Shown here: positions 17,336 through 20,483 of the stretch, one piece after another | How the letters are laid out: every line of letters starts with the position of its first letter | How positions within the stretch are numbered: the first letter of the stretch is position 1 | NCBI GenBank assembly: GCA_044356455.1 | Contig: JBIKWF010000079.1 | Span: forward strand, 1 to 20,483 | Length of the DNA stretch: 20,483 bases | From: Bdellovibrionota bacterium | Lineage (GTDB): Bacteria > Bdellovibrionota_C > UBA2361 > JBGSMV01 | Direction: 5' to 3' | Translations under genes and position numbers: made by a program | Notes under the pieces: generated by a model | What the model saw: the letters and a program-made list of their open reading frames with translations, nothing else | What the model was told of the DNA's origin: nothing | Database searches by the model: none

Positions 17336-17905
17336 ATGGTTAGCGATAACAACTCTGCACCAAATGTCATGCCTGTGCGCGTTTTTGAACGCACTGGTAA
17401 ATCCTCCTACTCAAGCCTCTCGCAAGCAGAGCTGCCTCCTGGCGCAGTGCTTGCTTCATTTGTGAGAACGCTTGAAACAAGACTCATCGCGCGAGGGCTA
17501 CTCTCCACGCCGCGGGGAGAGTTTCATCCTCTTTGGTTCTTGGTTGAGACAGAAAGAAACGTTTTTCTGTGGCGAAATGGCCTCTCGCTTGAGAATGCAG
17601 AGGAATTTGAATTCTGGGTTGACCCAGCCGCGCTCGTGGAAAAACGCCTTTTGCATCTTGATGCGGGTTCCACGGAGAACCCCTTTATAAATTCGTTGTG
17701 GGGAATTGCGTGTGGAGCGGCCCCCTTGAGCGCTCAAGAGGAGCGCGAATACCTCACGAACTTGCTTGAGAATATGGCGAAAGTAGCGCCTCACGCCCAC
17801 GCCTTGAGCCATGTATCGAGTATTCTGGGACAAGAGGTACTTAAACCCAAACTTCCCCGCATACTCCTGCCCGCGAAAAAGAAGAAAGCGTTAGGGAACC
17901 TCTGA
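17336..17905 (+). CDS. Hypothetical cytoplasmic protein
   Basis: ORF track 17249..17905 fills the gap between the kinase and the protease. ATG 17336 is preferred because it lies downstream of the sigma-54-like site. No recognisable motif; basic C-terminal tail. Confidence 0.65.
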   Translation: MVSDNNSAPNVMPVRVFERTGKSSYSSLSQAELPPGAVLASFVRTLETRLIARGLLSTPRGEFHPLWFLVETERNVFLWRNGLSLENAEEFEFWVDPAALVEKRLLHLDAGSTENPFINSLWGIACGAAPLSAQEEREYLTNLLENMAKVAPHAHALSHVSSILGQEVLKPKLPRILLPAKKKKALGNL

Positions 17906-17929
17906 AAAACATCCCTATTTTATTTTCCC

Positions 17930-17995
17930 CTCTGTGAACTCTGTGTCCTCTGTGGTTTTTCTGGGATTTACATCAACCACAGAGGCACACAGAGG
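17930..17995. repeat. 9-bp-periodic palindromic element, arms in reversed order
   Basis: CTCTGTGAA-CTCTGTGTC-CTCTGTGGTT (17930-17957), then AACCACAGAGGCACACAGAGG (17975-17995). Confidence 0.85.
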
Positions 17996-18140
17996 TGCAT
18001 TAACTCGCCAAAGCGCCAATTCGGCGTAAGTGATGGACGATTCGACCTTAGCCTTTCTTTCTTATCGGAACATTAAGAGAGAGCCCAATCCTCCCGACAT
18101 CCCTAGAGCCTCTGACAACTTCTTTATAGGGGAATTTCGC

Positions 18141-19253
18141 ATGCGGATGTCTTCTGTGCTTGCCTTGGCCGCGATGGCCACCTTTGCTTTTCGCGCTGCT
18201 CCCGTTTTTGCCCAATCGGAATCTGAGGTAGGCGACGACTCGAAATATTACTGCGAAAGTGAATATGACGAGGAGTTTGATGAGCTTTTTGGGACGCTTC
18301 GCAAAGTTTCCAATGACCGCGCCGTCCGATTTGCAAAAGCCCTAAAAAGTTCCAATTCAGCCCTGCAGACCGTGAAGCGCAAAATTAAGGCCCGCACCAA
18401 GGCCGGCCTTGACAGCACGGACCTCAAAGAAGACCGCGACACGCTCAAACTTGAAATTGCGGACATCAAGACCTGCCGAGATGAGGGCGACACGGGGCGT
18501 TCCCGGGGCTCAAGCGGCAACGCCGACCCAGAGCTTGCGTGCTCAGTGGTAGGAGACCCAAGCTCAATTTCCACACGAATCATCGGCGGAGAAGTGTGCT
18601 CAATCGGTTCCACAGGCGTGGTGTACATCCTCATAAGCACCCCTGCAGGAGCGCCTGACTCGTCCTGTACCGGAACGGTAGTGCGCGCACCTGGGGCCAC
18701 TGCTGCCCGCCACGTCATCTTCGCAGCGCACTGCGCCGAGGGCGCAGGCTTTATCGATATCAACACCCCCAGCGGCACTATGCGCGCTACCTCGTTCCAG
18801 AAGAACCCTGACTGGAACGGCAATCAAAACACCCTAGAAGACGGGGATGTCGCTATCGCAACCTTCTCCACAGATATCCCGACCTCAAGCTTTACGGTGC
18901 TTGCCGATGATGATTTTTCGCTTGGAGAAACTGCCGTAATTGGCGGGTATGGACTCGATGAAAACGGCAATTCTAGTGAAACGAGACTTAAAGCGGGAAC
19001 CGTGACTCTCTCCGCCTTTAGTAGTTATGGTCTCACCATTGAATATGATGGCTCATCAGGCTCAAACACCTGCAACGGAGACTCGGGCGGTCCATTCTTT
19101 GTTGAGCGCTCTGGAGGCTGGGTGCTTGGCGGCGTAACCTCGAACGGAATTCAGCAAGATTGCGGCCCAGGCGATATCTCGAACTTCGCAAACCTCAGGG
19201 ATCCCACCGTGAAAGCCTTTATCAATGGGATAGCACCGGGGCTCATCCCTTAG
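18141..19253 (+). CDS. Secreted S1 (chymotrypsin/trypsin-like) serine protease with N-terminal pro-region
   Basis: Signal peptide MRMSSVLALAAMATFAFRAAPVFA-Q. Activation site R|IIGG. Catalytic triad FAAHC, GDVAI, GDSGGP. ATG 18141 follows AGGGGA. Confidence 0.92.
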   Translation: MRMSSVLALAAMATFAFRAAPVFAQSESEVGDDSKYYCESEYDEEFDELFGTLRKVSNDRAVRFAKALKSSNSALQTVKRKIKARTKAGLDSTDLKEDRDTLKLEIADIKTCRDEGDTGRSRGSSGNADPELACSVVGDPSSISTRIIGGEVCSIGSTGVVYILISTPAGAPDSSCTGTVVRAPGATAARHVIFAAHCAEGAGFIDINTPSGTMRATSFQKNPDWNGNQNTLEDGDVAIATFSTDIPTSSFTVLADDDFSLGETAVIGGYGLDENGNSSETRLKAGTVTLSAFSSYGLTIEYDGSSGSNTCNGDSGGPFFVERSGGWVLGGVTSNGIQQDCGPGDISNFANLRDPTVKAFINGIAPGLIP

Positions 19254-19283
19254 GAAAGCTTCTCTCATAAGTCCGCCCAGGCA

Positions 19284-19340
19284 AACAAAAACCCCGCGAA
19301 CAAAAACCCCGCGAACAAAAACCCCGCGAACAAAAACCCC
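19284..19340. repeat. Perfect 15-bp tandem repeat AACAAAAACCCCGCG x3 plus partial fourth copy
   Basis: Units start at 19284, 19299, 19314 and 19329; the fourth runs into the terminator stem. Confidence 0.95.
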
Positions 19341-19368
19341 CCGGTCTAGTTTCCTAGACCGGGGGGTT
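19329..19368 (-). terminator. Intrinsic terminator of the porin gene (possibly bidirectional)
   Basis: 15-bp perfect stem AACCCCCCGGTCTAG / CTAGACCGGGGGGTT, GAAA loop on the minus strand, followed by a T-tract. Lies between convergent genes. Confidence 0.9.
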
Positions 19369-19445
19369 CGTAGCTTGCATTCTCTAACCCCCAGCTGCGC
19401 TATTACTAGCTAAGCTTCAGATTAGAAAACTTCTGCCAGAAGCGG

Positions 19446-20483
19446 TTAGAAATAACCACTTACTTGGAAGATCAAGCGATTGAAGTCCGCATCCTCGAGA
19501 TCCGAATCAACAGGGTTGATACGGATGTAGGTGTACGCGAGGGACGTCTTCAAGTGATGAGCCCAGAAGTAGTAGTTCAAGGCAAGACCAACTTCATCAA
19601 CTGAATCAAGCGCTACAGAAGTACCTGAGATGCAGGTAATTCCACCGCTGTCACAATCGATGTAGCCGTAACGAGCCGCGATCTCGAACTTCTTCGGCAT
19701 GAGGAAGTAGCCAACTTGAGCGTAGAAGCCGAGAGGCTCAACGCTGTCGCCGCTATCTGGATCGATCTGGAGAGAATAAATTTCTCCCGCAACGCTGAGT
19801 CCAGCAACCTTCATCATCACATCAGCACTTACAAGGCTGAAATCACGCTCTCCAGCTCCCTGTCCTTCGCCGCCATCATAGTAGTAGGCAGCTCCAGCAG
19901 TGAGGCCGAACTCTTCTGAATGTCCAACATCGGACTCAGAGGAAGCATCGATTCCACCCATGTTATAACGAACGCCAATTGCACCAGCTACGTTGTTGTC
20001 CGCGCCGGGTCTGTTCTGGCCTTCGTTATCGCTGTTACCGTTGAACACGCCAGCATTGACCTGAATCATGCCGTCGTTGAAGCTACCCATTCCAGCAACA
20101 CCAGCCTGACGGCCAGCATTGAAGAGCTGAGTCGCAAGAGTGCGATCAGGGAATTGGAGCTTATAGTCTTCGGTGTTGAACTGGCGGGATACGAAGGTCT
20201 TGAACTGACCCATACGTACCGAAGCCCAGTCACATGCATTCCACTGAATCCAACCATCAAGAAGATTGGTTGAGCCAGTGTTAACCGCATTCTCGTTACC
20301 TGAACCGACGAAGTCGACGTTCATGTAGTACGAGAACTCGTTATGCATCGCCGTACCTGACATGATCACGCGAGCCTTGGTTACATCGAAGCTCGACGTA
20401 TCCTCTGCTGTGCTTACATCCTGATCGTTGTCAAAATACGTGTAGCGGGTCTCAAGGTGAGTCGCAAAGGACGCAGTGAAACC
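19446..20483 (-). CDS. Outer-membrane porin, OprO/OprP-like (5' end outside the window)
   Basis: Frame is open to the window edge (..ETRYTYFDND..SFDVTKARVIMSG..). LLDGWIQW, RMGQFK, GFYAQVGYF, amphipathic beta strands and C-terminal Phe (QVSGYF). Confidence 0.85.
   Translation of the reverse strand, partial: GFTASFATHLETRYTYFDNDQDVSTAEDTSSFDVTKARVIMSGTAMHNEFSYYMNVDFVGSGNENAVNTGSTNLLDGWIQWNACDWASVRMGQFKTFVSRQFNTEDYKLQFPDRTLATQLFNAGRQAGVAGMGSFNDGMIQVNAGVFNGNSDNEGQNRPGADNNVAGAIGVRYNMGGIDASSESDVGHSEEFGLTAGAAYYYDGGEGQGAGERDFSLVSADVMMKVAGLSVAGEIYSLQIDPDSGDSVEPLGFYAQVGYFLMPKKFEIAARYGYIDCDSGGITCISGTSVALDSVDEVGLALNYYFWAHHLKTSLAYTYIRINPVDSDLEDADFNRLIFQVSGYF

Overview
Bacterial chromosomal window of moderate GC, read from the sequence and ORF track only. 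From left to right it contains: three minus-strand envelope genes (two lipoproteins and a small membrane-anchored protein); a minus-strand acyl-CoA cluster (crotonase, acyl-CoA dehydrogenase, and a two-subunit B12-dependent acyl-CoA mutase whose Phe/Gln determinants indicate isobutyryl-CoA mutase rather than methylmalonyl-CoA mutase); hinT; a Zn-dependent alcohol dehydrogenase; a 513-aa orphan membrane protein; sbcDC; a divergently transcribed degenerate DnaA paralogue; a sensor-less REC-histidine kinase; a hypothetical gene behind a sigma-54-like promoter; a secreted S1 serine protease; and a 5'-truncated OprO/OprP-like porin. The DnaA paralogue is the most unusual gene: it lacks domains I/II, has lost the arginine finger, sensor I and sensor II, but keeps Walker A and a DNA-binding domain IV. 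Intergenic DNA is rich in non-coding repeats: a 108-bp CTAG-flanked MITE, a nine-REP BIME-like array with an exact 138-bp period, at least six copies of an 8-9-bp-periodic palindromic element, two 15-bp tandem arrays and a perfect 26-bp palindrome. No transposase, cas gene, rRNA or tRNA was recognised.
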